NCBI GenBank assembly: GCA_964552005.1
Contig: CAZKFC010000001.1
Coordinates: forward strand, 109,934 to 173,933
Origin: an uncultured Methanosarcinales archaeon
GTDB taxonomy: Archaea > Nanobdellota > Nanobdellia > Woesearchaeales > GW2011-AR15
DNA: 64,000 bases
Direction: 5' to 3'
This document shows positions 50,765 through 60,031 of this stretch, in pieces. Each line of letters begins with the position of its first letter. Positions within the stretch are counted from its first letter, which is position 1. The notes below the pieces were generated by a model. That model did no database searches, was not told the DNA's origin, and worked only from the letters and a program-made list of their open reading frames with translations. A program made the translations under genes and the position numbers.

Positions 50765-51232
50765 TTATTCTAGATCTTCGCCAAAGTTTTCTGAGTCTTT
50801 GTCTTCTTTTTCAGGACTAGATTCTTCTTTTTCTTCAGTTTCCTCTGCTTTTTCTTCAGGCTTTTCCTCAGGTGTTTCTTCTTCAGCAGGTTCTTCTGGG
50901 GCCTCTGCAGGTTCCTCGGCAGGTTCTTCTTTGGTTTCTTCAACTGTTTCTTCAGGTTTTTCTTTCTCTTCTGCTTGCTCTGCTTCTTCTTTAGGTTGTT
51001 CAGCTTCACCTTCGGATTTGCCAATAACCTCAGCAAAACCAACTCTCCTCAACACCTTAGTAACACGTACACGAACTTCGTCGTTAACTTGTGTCCCTGG
51101 AATTACCAAGACAAAACCGTCTTTTTTTGCAATTCCATCGCCTTTGTCGCCAAGGGCTTCTATTTTCACATCTAACTCATCGCCTTCTTTAACTGGCGCA
51201 AATCTATTGTATCCATTCATATTTTTTAACAC
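50765..51232 (-). CDS. TRAM-domain RNA-binding protein with acidic tail
   Basis: APVKEGDELDVKIE..G.KGDGIAK.DGFV; Glu-rich C-terminus. Confidence 0.85.
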   Translation of the reverse strand: MLKNMNGYNRFAPVKEGDELDVKIEALGDKGDGIAKKDGFVLVIPGTQVNDEVRVRVTKVLRRVGFAEVIGKSEGEAEQPKEEAEQAEEKEKPEETVEETKEEPAEEPAEAPEEPAEEETPEEKPEEKAEETEEKEESSPEKEDKDSENFGEDLE

Positions 51233-51318
51233 CTTATCTACTTTAAGAGGTTGACACCTCTATTTTCTTAAAAAATCTTTTGAATTTATAAATATATAGA
51301 AAAAAAGAAAGAAAAAAA

Positions 51319-52296
51319 TTAGAAATCCCTTAACCCGGAAGTTTCTACCATGAAAGCAGCTTCACCGTCTGGTAAATTTGGGCTATCTACCAATTTTGCA
51401 ACACGGCTGCCTTTTTTGCCCTTTCTAAGGTAAACTCTGAAGGTGGAAGCATGTGCAACTATGTGTCCGCCTATTGCTGCGGTAGGATCTCCGAAAAACA
51501 CGTCCGGTCTGGACATGACTTGGTTTGTCACATACACCAAAACATTGTGTGTGTCTGCTATTTTTAATAGCTCGTGCATGTGTTTGTTTAGTTTTTGCTG
51601 ACGCTCTGCTAATGTTCCCCGGCCAATAAATTCTGCTCTGAAATGAGCTGTTAATGAATCAACAATAACAACTTTAACATTCAAGCCTTGTTTTGTTATT
51701 AAATCGCTAACCTTTTCTGCTAACAACATCTGGTGATCTGAATTATAGGCACGGGCTACTTTAACATTTTCCAGTACTTGTTCAGGGTCAAGACCAGCAC
51801 CTTTTGCAAGTTCAACTATCCTCTCAGGTCTAAATGTGTTTTCTGTATCTATAAATACCGCTACTGCAGTAGGGTCTTGTTTTTGGCATTGGACTGCTAG
51901 TGCAAACGCAATCTGTGTTTTACCACTGCCAAACTCGCCAAAACATTCAACAATGGCAGAAGTTTCAAAACCTCCTCCAAGTAAATTATCTAAATTAGAA
52001 GAGCCTGTTGGCACTTTCAAAATGTTTTGTCTTTTCTTTAGTATGTCTGTGCCTGATTCAAAGCCCATTTTCATTGCAGATCTTGCGGCCGCAATAATTT
52101 TTTTGGCAGCTGCTTCTCCAACTCCGGATGCCTCAACCAATTCACCGGGCGTGGCAACTGCTATTGACATTAAATCCTCGAATCCTGATACAGACAATTT
52201 TTCTGCAGTTGCAGGACCTACTCCTGGTAAATCCATAACTGTAATTTCTTTTTCTTCCATTTTTGGTTCTATTATTACGATTTCTTGTTTACTCAT
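51319..52296 (-). CDS. radA: DNA repair and recombination protein RadA
   Basis: DLPGVG HhH, GEFGSGKTQ, DTENTFRPER, GRGTLAERQQ. Confidence 0.97.
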   Translation of the reverse strand: MSKQEIVIIEPKMEEKEITVMDLPGVGPATAEKLSVSGFEDLMSIAVATPGELVEASGVGEAAAKKIIAAARSAMKMGFESGTDILKKRQNILKVPTGSSNLDNLLGGGFETSAIVECFGEFGSGKTQIAFALAVQCQKQDPTAVAVFIDTENTFRPERIVELAKGAGLDPEQVLENVKVARAYNSDHQMLLAEKVSDLITKQGLNVKVVIVDSLTAHFRAEFIGRGTLAERQQKLNKHMHELLKIADTHNVLVYVTNQVMSRPDVFFGDPTAAIGGHIVAHASTFRVYLRKGKKGSRVAKLVDSPNLPDGEAAFMVETSGLRDF

Positions 52297-52326
52297 AAAT
52301 ATCACCTTTTTTATAAGATTTTTGGA

Positions 52327-52602
52327 TTAAGCAACTTCGTTTTCAGAATAGCTGTCTTTTAATGTAATATATTCATAGGCTTTCTGAAGAACCAATGCTG
52401 CCTTTGGCAGGTCGTTTATCCTTAACGAGTTTGTTGAGTTCCACTCACCATTTTTGTCCTGGTAATTTCTATCCAGGGAAACTGTCCGGTATTCAACAAC
52501 TTTACCATCTCTTTCAGTATGGTTTTTCCACACAGTGGCAGAAATTGCGCCAGCCCTAAACTTTTTTTCTGGCAGGTTTGTTTTAAGTTCTGTTTTTTGC
52601 AT
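52327..52602 (-). CDS. small putative ssDNA-binding protein
   Basis: PEKKFRAGAISATVW.N...RNYQDKNGEWNST.S....DLP; GGAGG RBS before ATG 52602. Confidence 0.55.
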   Translation of the reverse strand: MQKTELKTNLPEKKFRAGAISATVWKNHTERDGKVVEYRTVSLDRNYQDKNGEWNSTNSLRINDLPKAALVLQKAYEYITLKDSYSENEVA

Positions 52603-52755
52603 ATATATCGCCTCCGTTTCCTTATCGGTTTTTATTTCAAGAGTCTCCTTCATTATGGATTACAAGATCCCAGAGACTGGAGGGTGCTTGTATCTTACAA
52701 GCTTTTATGATATGTAAAACAGAATTCCTTTATATACCTCACACGAGAATGTCCA

Positions 52756-52902
52756 GTGTGTCCACTGACATGTTTTAGGAAGTGGACTTCCCAAACGTGT
52801 TTTAAAGTGAGGGTGTGTCCACTGACATGTTTTAGGAAGTGGACTTTAGGAAAGAGCAAGGCAGTGAGTATATGTCTACCGATATGTTTTAGCAGAGGAC
52901 TC
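52756..52902. repeat. three-unit direct-repeat array, period 57 bp, with internal inverted repeat
   Basis: GTGTGTCCACTGACATGTTTTAGGAAGTGGACTT at 52756-52789 and 52813-52846 (identical); degenerate copy at 52870-52902. Confidence 0.88.
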
Positions 52903-52936
52903 TAAGAAAAAAAGCAGATATGACCAGTGCTTATAA

Positions 52937-54331
52937 TTAATATATAGAATCTAGGTCTGTTATATCTTCAATATCATCAATATCTTCAAGTTCTTTTTGT
53001 GGCTTTGATTCTTCTGGCTCTTCAGGCGTCTCAATCTCTTTAATTAATGTTTCTGATAAGTCAACAGCCTCACTTTCCTTATTCTCTTTAACTTGTTCAA
53101 CTGTTTCAAGAGTTTCTTCTGGTTTTTCTTCAATAGCATCATTAATAGGGCTTGGCATGAAATCCTCTTTACTTGGTTCTTCCCTTGTTTTTTCTAGCAT
53201 AATTGTTTCTTCCACGGGCTCTTCCACAGCTTCTTCTTTTATAATTTCTGATGTTGATGATTCTTTACTTGGCTGAGTTTCTTCCACAATATTATCTGAT
53301 TTAACTTGGACAGTCTCAACTTTATTTTCTTTTACTGATTCTTCTTTTACAGATTCAAGTTCTTTGTCTAATCTGGCAATTTCTTCTTTAGGATCAGGGT
53401 TTGTAAAGACTAGTTGTGGAATAAATTCAATCCGGTCAAACATATCGTTTTTATTAGTTCTGCCGACAAACTTTACAATCTGGCCAAGCAACTCGTTCTT
53501 AATATCTTCAAATGAGCTTTCTTTTTTTGCAATAATCTCTTCATTATTCATATTAAGCAGGTTTTGGACTTGGTTACGCCATAACACCACACGGACATTT
53601 TCTGTCCCGTCATCTAAAAATAGATTAAGAACATATGCATAACTAGGATCTACTTTATTATGAACATCACAATAAAACCCGTCTTCTCTTTTTTTAACCC
53701 GTTTATTACACTGAGGACACACTTCAAAGAACCTCGGATCAAATACTTGAACTATTGTACCTAGAATTTCAACATTATTCTCATTTTCTTTTAAATCAGC
53801 TATCTTCTTACGTTCAGCTTTATCTTTTACTTCAATATCTTTTACATCATTGGGAGATATTGTAACAGTAGTTTTCTCACCAAGGTGCACTTCCATTCTA
53901 CCCCTATTATCTCTAGAATAGCCGTTCTCAATCTTTATTATATCATTTTCTTTTATTTTGCTTAGAAGATCAGCCTTATCATTCCACGCCACTACTCTTA
54001 TCATGCCTGTTTCATCACCTATTATGAATGAGCCAACCCTGCCTTTCCTATTATCTTTTTCAAAGGTTCTGACTTCATATATATTCATGACCTTGCCTGT
54101 TAATTCGACATGCCTCATCCCAGCCAAAACATTTTTTATCTGCAGTTTACCTGGATCTTCCAATATTTTAACGCCGAGCTCATTTGCTATAATATGTAAG
54201 GCGCCTTCCTCGCTTATTAATCCAGATAATTGATCTAGTTTATCTTTTACTCTTGAATTTATTTCTTGGTCAGAAAGGCCGGCTTTCTCTTTGATTTTTT
54301 CTATTATGATGTGTTTAGGAATCTTTATCAT
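52937..54331 (-). CDS. rpa: replication protein A (OB folds plus Zn finger) with acidic tail
   Basis: GDETGMIRVVAW, CPQC..CDVH, LDDGTENVRVVLW. Confidence 0.85.
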   Translation of the reverse strand: MIKIPKHIIIEKIKEKAGLSDQEINSRVKDKLDQLSGLISEEGALHIIANELGVKILEDPGKLQIKNVLAGMRHVELTGKVMNIYEVRTFEKDNRKGRVGSFIIGDETGMIRVVAWNDKADLLSKIKENDIIKIENGYSRDNRGRMEVHLGEKTTVTISPNDVKDIEVKDKAERKKIADLKENENNVEILGTIVQVFDPRFFEVCPQCNKRVKKREDGFYCDVHNKVDPSYAYVLNLFLDDGTENVRVVLWRNQVQNLLNMNNEEIIAKKESSFEDIKNELLGQIVKFVGRTNKNDMFDRIEFIPQLVFTNPDPKEEIARLDKELESVKEESVKENKVETVQVKSDNIVEETQPSKESSTSEIIKEEAVEEPVEETIMLEKTREEPSKEDFMPSPINDAIEEKPEETLETVEQVKENKESEAVDLSETLIKEIETPEEPEESKPQKELEDIDDIEDITDLDSIY

Positions 54332-54425
54332 GCTTAACCCCCCAAAATGATTTCTTTAAAAAGAAAAGTTATTTATAAAAATATTGGGATAAATTTTATA
54401 TAGTTCTCTTTACAAAATATTTTTC

Positions 54426-54893
54426 ATGTATAAAAAAGCACAGGCAACTTCGTGGTCATTAAAGGAAATAGGAGATTTATTGTTGAGGATATTTGCTGTT
54501 TTGATATTAATTGTGTTTTTAGTTAGTGTTGTTAATATATTTACACAATCAAAACCTATTAGGAATGTATATCAAGATTTTGAACGTGTTATTGGCGAGA
54601 TAGAAGATTTGAACGAGGGAGAAGAACTTCTTGTTCCTATATTATCTGATGGTTATCATATGATTGTAAGGCCAATGGACGTTGTGAAAGAACAACAGTT
54701 TGGCTGTAGATTAGATGAAAGTGATTATTGTGCTTGTCTATTAAATGAAGATGATCAAATCCTTAGATGTAAATCTTTTAGCAAGAAAGATGATGAAGGC
54801 ATTGTTGAAATAGATCCGTTAACAGATGTTTATTTAACAAATAGTCGGGGAGTTCTTTTAAGTTATGATAACGGAGAAATTAATTTAAGTTAG
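54426..54893 (+). CDS. class III signal peptide (pilin-like) protein
   Basis: MYKKAQ then hydrophobic helix; four Cys. Confidence 0.65.
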   Translation: MYKKAQATSWSLKEIGDLLLRIFAVLILIVFLVSVVNIFTQSKPIRNVYQDFERVIGEIEDLNEGEELLVPILSDGYHMIVRPMDVVKEQQFGCRLDESDYCACLLNEDDQILRCKSFSKKDDEGIVEIDPLTDVYLTNSRGVLLSYDNGEINLS

Positions 54894-57800
54894 AGACATG
54901 ATTTACAGATTCTGCAATATCGCCATTATTTCCCAATATACAACCTTGCTTTCCTAATTGAGCATATGCTCCTCCTTTACAGAAAGCAGCGTTCATTAAC
55001 ATACTTTCTGAACAACCGCTATTTTTCATAGCTTCCCCTAGTTGTTGAGCAGTCAGCCATTGTCCTTTTACTTTGAATCTGTAATAAGTACTTCCTGAAT
55101 AATATTCAGCACCCCATTCAGACCTTACACCTAAACCATTTGTTATAGTTCCACCGCAACTTCCCTGTAGACTGTGAGTCAGTTCATGTCTAAATAGAGT
55201 ATTAAGTTGAGCTATGCTTGCACCTGTTAAAGCTTCTTCTTTACAATAAATACCATTACCACAACTACCTGAAACTCTCCAACACCAATAAGCAATTGGA
55301 CTTGGCGGTTGGCACTCACCACTTGGAGAGACAGGATACAATTCCATAGAACTTCCCATATCGTTCTTTATTTTTTCATAAATTTCCATATACGTCCCAT
55401 GATAAGTTTCGCCTGAATAACCAGAAGGATAATCATCGTCAATAACAATAACATCTTCTATTTCATCATATTCCATTACACTTTGTTGTCTCGCACCACC
55501 AGTATGCATTGTTAATGCAAACTTAACATCTACAGGTTTTGTTTTATAGGCATTATCTTCATATATGAAAGCTTCAGCATCTGTATCAATACAAAATTTA
55601 AATATCTTAGATTCATCATATCCTTCTGGTTTATCTATGCAACCCACACCATTCCAAACTTTACCAGAATCATAACAGTTTTTTGCCAAAAGATTGTTTT
55701 TACAGTAATCTAAGTTCCAATTTGTTTTACCATTGTTATCAAGAACTTCCAAAACACACTCCCTATAAGTTTTGGTTAAATCTCTACAAGATAGTTCTTG
55801 TCTGTCTTCTTCGCAATATTGTGGATTATTATCTTGATCTAGGCAAGTTGGCTGATTAAATTCAAGTTCACAAACATATTCTCCAGCTATTTGATATCCA
55901 TCCGTATTTGTGTAACAATCTAAAATCTGGCCTTCGTCATCACATGTTAAAGGAACACCATTTTCATCATAACATATAGTTCCACTTGGCAATCTCCCAT
56001 GACAAGTATAATCATAGAATGCACATTCTTTTACTTCTGTAATTAACTGGTTGCTGGCAAAAGACATATCATTATGGATTTCTGTAAAATCAAAGTCAAA
56101 TTCTTCATTTATTTCAGGGTTAAGGAAATAATATCCTGTATCTGTCTCAGACATTAATTGTGATAATGCTTCTAGATCAAGCACAGTAGTTACTTCGTCT
56201 GCAGAATCCGTATTAGAAGGATTCCATTCAATATCTCCGGGACATGCACCTTGAAATTGAGATGCTTGTGTATGAAAATCTTCAACATAATTTTGTACTC
56301 TTCTTACAATATCTTCATAATTTGGTTCATTCTCAAATGCAGGGGCTCTGCAGCCCCAACCATTATAGCCACGTAAGGCCATATCCCAACCAGAATATAC
56401 AACATGTTTATTATCAAGGGAAGGGAATTCACTATTATCACAATCATAGGGTTTATTAGCACTTGGGTTCCGGCAGTTAAAAGCATTGCATTTCTCTAAT
56501 AAAATTTTAGCACCACATTCAATGTTGTCATTTAGTTTATAGATGTCTAATGGATGACCATCTATCTCACTATTACCACAATCTCTTCTACCAGTAATTT
56601 GCATAATACCAACACCACCATCGCCACTTACTTTAACAGTGCCGTCATTTCTATAATGGTTACCTCCACTTTCTTTCTGGGCTATTGTTAATAATATTGT
56701 TCCAGGTATATTATATGCATTTGCAACCTGGCAAACTTTCTTTTGTTGGTCTGACAGTTCTTCATAAGTTAATCTACCTGTAATTTTGTCTTTGTCAGGA
56801 ACAAAGATAAATAATCCTACTACCAGAATTAAAACAAAGAATAATGAAAAAACAATCAATTTGTTTTTTTTGATATAATAAACAATCCCAATTATAACAA
56901 ATATTAACAATATTACAATTATTATTGTTTTATAAGATCTTTCAGGTTCTTGAATAATAACCTCTTCTACATTAACTTCTTCTTCAACTATTTCTTCTGG
57001 TACAAATTCAGGTGGGGTTTCTCTTGCTTCAAATTCATGTTTGCATTCTCCAATACAACATTCAGTTGAATCTGCTGATAATACTTGAGTACCAAAACAA
57101 TCTTCATCATAATTACATATTTGTCCACCAGTTTTTTCACACGATTCGTATTGTTCGTATATTTCTTCATCAGGTGCTTTCGGTATGAAATCAAATTCAT
57201 CAAATATTGTAATATCTTCAATTTCAGAAACTACAGATCCAGTAATTAAATTTGGTTCATCACTTTCTGAATTCTCATCTTCACATACTCTTTTAGCGCC
57301 AATATAATGTTCATTCCAATGATCTTCTTCCAAACTGTCTATTTGTACAGGACTTCCAGCATGAATAAATTGACAATCACCATAATAAATACCTACATGT
57401 GATATTCCTTCAGTATGTGTGTCTGCAAAAAAGATTAAGTCGCCTTTTTGAAGTTCATCACAATTTGGGATTATTGAAGCATAATTATCAACATCTAATG
57501 TTGGATCATGGTCAACAGGCTTTCCAATATTGTGGGCTTGCCAATTTGCATTTCTTTCCTGAATGAAAAAACTATCATCTCCTGTTTTTTCAGAATAATA
57601 ATTGTATACCCATTTAGTGAATGAACTACAATCTATAGTACATCTACCAGTTTCCCTAGTCAATAATCTCCACCTATTAGCTGTCCATCCTAATTCTTCT
57701 AATTCTGGCGAGATACTAGGCAATCTACAATTAGAATCTGTTGGTGGCAATTCATCAGAGGGCCATTCACGAGATCCTAGAAAATAGGGGTGTCCTATAC

Positions 57801-58416
57801 CTTTTTCAGCAATTTCAACTAGATTTTCACCACAACTACCTGTAAAAGTAATTTCTCTTGTTGTTTCACTAACTTTGTTTCTTAATCTATATGTGCTCTC
57901 GCTCAAAAGTAATTCTTGTTCATCATTAATTTCAAGTTTCAATCCTCTGTTATATCTGCCATATAAATTAAATCCTGGGCTATCTTCAAAAAAATAAAAG
58001 TTGTAAATTGGATAAGGAATTCCATCGTTTGGAAATACTCCAGTGTATGTTTTTAACAAGTTAATTAATCTATAAGTTACAGTACCTTTTACATTTGCTA
58101 CACAGTTTTTAGAAGGAGTATTTAATAATTTGTAGCCGTAATAAGAAGGTCTTTCAGAATCACATACCCAATTATAGAGAAAACCTGTATTTGCACCTTC
58201 ATACAATGCCTGCATAAACGCTAATTTTGTTGAAAAATCAATGTAATTTTGGACATTTTCAGCTTTTTCATACGCGTCCATCAAACTAAATTGGGTAGTG
58301 CCAACTTTTTCATTATATATAGAGAATTTAGCCCACAACATTGTTATAATTGTAAATACTAAAATAGCTGTAATAAATACTAACCATAAGGAATATTCAG
58401 TTGCTTTCTTACGCAT
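54880..58416 (-). CDS. pilin-like protein with NlpC/P60, lytic transglycosylase (SLT) and HExxH domains
   Basis: MRKKA+TM; DCSSFT...GDLIFF...HVGIY...FIHA; IAQKESGG...GVGIMQI...NIECGAKIL...ALRGYNG; RHELTHSLQ. Confidence 0.85.
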   Translation of the reverse strand: MRKKATEYSLWLVFITAILVFTIITMLWAKFSIYNEKVGTTQFSLMDAYEKAENVQNYIDFSTKLAFMQALYEGANTGFLYNWVCDSERPSYYGYKLLNTPSKNCVANVKGTVTYRLINLLKTYTGVFPNDGIPYPIYNFYFFEDSPGFNLYGRYNRGLKLEINDEQELLLSESTYRLRNKVSETTREITFTGSCGENLVEIAEKGIGHPYFLGSREWPSDELPPTDSNCRLPSISPELEELGWTANRWRLLTRETGRCTIDCSSFTKWVYNYYSEKTGDDSFFIQERNANWQAHNIGKPVDHDPTLDVDNYASIIPNCDELQKGDLIFFADTHTEGISHVGIYYGDCQFIHAGSPVQIDSLEEDHWNEHYIGAKRVCEDENSESDEPNLITGSVVSEIEDITIFDEFDFIPKAPDEEIYEQYESCEKTGGQICNYDEDCFGTQVLSADSTECCIGECKHEFEARETPPEFVPEEIVEEEVNVEEVIIQEPERSYKTIIIVILLIFVIIGIVYYIKKNKLIVFSLFFVLILVVGLFIFVPDKDKITGRLTYEELSDQQKKVCQVANAYNIPGTILLTIAQKESGGNHYRNDGTVKVSGDGGVGIMQITGRRDCGNSEIDGHPLDIYKLNDNIECGAKILLEKCNAFNCRNPSANKPYDCDNSEFPSLDNKHVVYSGWDMALRGYNGWGCRAPAFENEPNYEDIVRRVQNYVEDFHTQASQFQGACPGDIEWNPSNTDSADEVTTVLDLEALSQLMSETDTGYYFLNPEINEEFDFDFTEIHNDMSFASNQLITEVKECAFYDYTCHGRLPSGTICYDENGVPLTCDDEGQILDCYTNTDGYQIAGEYVCELEFNQPTCLDQDNNPQYCEEDRQELSCRDLTKTYRECVLEVLDNNGKTNWNLDYCKNNLLAKNCYDSGKVWNGVGCIDKPEGYDESKIFKFCIDTDAEAFIYEDNAYKTKPVDVKFALTMHTGGARQQSVMEYDEIEDVIVIDDDYPSGYSGETYHGTYMEIYEKIKNDMGSSMELYPVSPSGECQPPSPIAYWCWRVSGSCGNGIYCKEEALTGASIAQLNTLFRHELTHSLQGSCGGTITNGLGVRSEWGAEYYSGSTYYRFKVKGQWLTAQQLGEAMKNSGCSESMLMNAAFCKGGAYAQLGKQGCILGNNGDIAESVNHVSNLN

Positions 58417-58852
58417 TGTTAAACTTTACCTCTATATATGAAAATGAATCTTCAAATATTATTGGCAAATATGTTTTAGCATCTATCTCGCCAATTTGTA
58501 ATTCAGACATATCCATACAATCACGGCTGTTTTCCCTAACTCTAGTTCCGTTAATATTCATGGTCCAGCATAATGGATAACCGAAAGCGTCTTCCAATAA
58601 ACTATTTACAGCAGTCTTTGTTCTGGAAAAATCTTTTTCCTGGAAATCTTTAATTATGGTTTGTTCAATATTATTGTCTTCTGCCCTTAACAAATTTAAT
58701 AAAAATAAATCAGAGTTTAGTTCTTGTTTTATTTCATTTAATTTATGTGTGGTTCTGCCAAAAAAACCTACAGAAGCTAATAAAATAATGAATAATATTA
58801 ATATAATAACAACAGCAATAATATCAACTTCTACAAATGCTTTTTTCTTCAT
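58409..58852 (-). CDS. class III signal peptide (pilin-like) protein
   Basis: MKKKAFVE then hydrophobic helix. Confidence 0.65.
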   Translation of the reverse strand: MKKKAFVEVDIIAVVIILILFIILLASVGFFGRTTHKLNEIKQELNSDLFLLNLLRAEDNNIEQTIIKDFQEKDFSRTKTAVNSLLEDAFGYPLCWTMNINGTRVRENSRDCMDMSELQIGEIDAKTYLPIIFEDSFSYIEVKFNNA

Positions 58853-59313
58853 TTTCTCCATGCAACCTCTATCAGCATATTACCTGGGTGATCATCTACT
58901 AATACAAGGTAACGTTTTTTTACGAGCAGATATTTTTCTGAAAAAGTTAATGGCTCAATATCTTCAAAATATTCTTGGTTATAATACAGAATGTCTTGAT
59001 CATTATTGTAATTTAAAGTGATTCTTGCACCGATTGCTTGTCTTGTAGGTGCCATGCATTTCTGTAGATTTTCTTGTGTAAATTTTTCTGAAACAATATG
59101 ACCAGGATAAGCTCTGTTATTTTCTACTTTAATGAAACAATTCCTTGAATATAAGAATCTCTCTGCTATAGAATAAAATTTTAAATCATCGATGTCAAGG
59201 CTTTTTTCTATTGTGCCATTTGTAATAAAAACTAATAAACCAATTACTAATATTGTGCCTATAATCCTCACTATCCACAATACATTCTCGCCTTGTTCAG
59301 CTTTTTTATTCAT
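58849..59313 (-). CDS. class III signal peptide (pilin-like) protein
   Basis: MNKKAEQ then hydrophobic helix; RFLYS.NC...YPG. Confidence 0.65.
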   Translation of the reverse strand: MNKKAEQGENVLWIVRIIGTILVIGLLVFITNGTIEKSLDIDDLKFYSIAERFLYSRNCFIKVENNRAYPGHIVSEKFTQENLQKCMAPTRQAIGARITLNYNNDQDILYYNQEYFEDIEPLTFSEKYLLVKKRYLVLVDDHPGNMLIEVAWRK

Positions 59314-59788
59314 TAATCAGTTCCTCTTTAGTATTATAGTAGCGGACAGTATCGCCAGCTTTTACTATTGCAATTCTAACAGGAATAACGTATTCAGGTG
59401 TTTCTCCAACATAAGTAACAATGGGCTGGACTTCGTCATAATATAACTTTGTAGTAGGATCTTCAATAAAACCATACTTTGCAATACTGCCCTCAATAAT
59501 TGTGCCTTTCTTGTTTATTACCCGAATATTGTTTTCTTGGATGTCAAAAGAAAATTTTTGTGTGTCATGTGGGTAAACATATATTAAATCATTCGGACTT
59601 GCTAATACAGTATCTGTCAATATTCCTAAATCTATAGCTAAATAATTCTTTTCAAAATAATCTGAACTTGTGACCTGCATGACAAAAGCAAACACTGGCA
59701 AAAATATGAAAACAAAAACAACAATTAATCTAACTAATACATTCCATGACAATGTAAAATATTCAGAGCCTCTTTTAGATTTCAGCAT
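59306..59788 (-). CDS. class III signal peptide (pilin-like) protein
   Basis: MLKSKRGSE then hydrophobic helix; LAIDLG.L.DT..ASP. Confidence 0.65.
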   Translation of the reverse strand: MLKSKRGSEYFTLSWNVLVRLIVVFVFIFLPVFAFVMQVTSSDYFEKNYLAIDLGILTDTVLASPNDLIYVYPHDTQKFSFDIQENNIRVINKKGTIIEGSIAKYGFIEDPTTKLYYDEVQPIVTYVGETPEYVIPVRIAIVKAGDTVRYYNTKEELINE

Positions 59789-59881
59789 GGTTTTATTTTT
59801 AGCATAAAGACTTTATATACTTTTTTGTTAAAACTGTTAAAACCAAAACTTATTTATAGTTAATAAATAGAGAAAATATTA

Positions 59882-60031
59882 ATGTTTTTGAATAAAAAAA
59901 GTCAAGTTACAACATTGTCACCGGCCACAAAATTAATAGGCGTAATAATTTTAGGTGTTGTCTTATTATTAATAATATACTTTGTATTCAAAGATAAATT
60001 AGCTGAAATATTGGTGAGCAATTATATATGA
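59882..60031 (+). CDS. 49-aa pilin-like microprotein
   Basis: MFLNKKSQVTTLSPATKLIGVIILGVVLLLIIYFVFKDKLAEILVSNYI; ATGA-coupled to next gene. Confidence 0.65.
   Translation: MFLNKKSQVTTLSPATKLIGVIILGVVLLLIIYFVFKDKLAEILVSNYI

Noticed and set aside
50770..51254. Lys-rich and Ser-rich overlapping ORFs
   Set aside because: Alternative frames of the Glu-rich TRAM tail; the other short antisense ORFs inside long genes were rejected likewise
52756..52902. CRISPR array call
   Set aside because: Only three units, 23-bp spacers (one repeat-like), no cas genes; kept as an unexplained repeat
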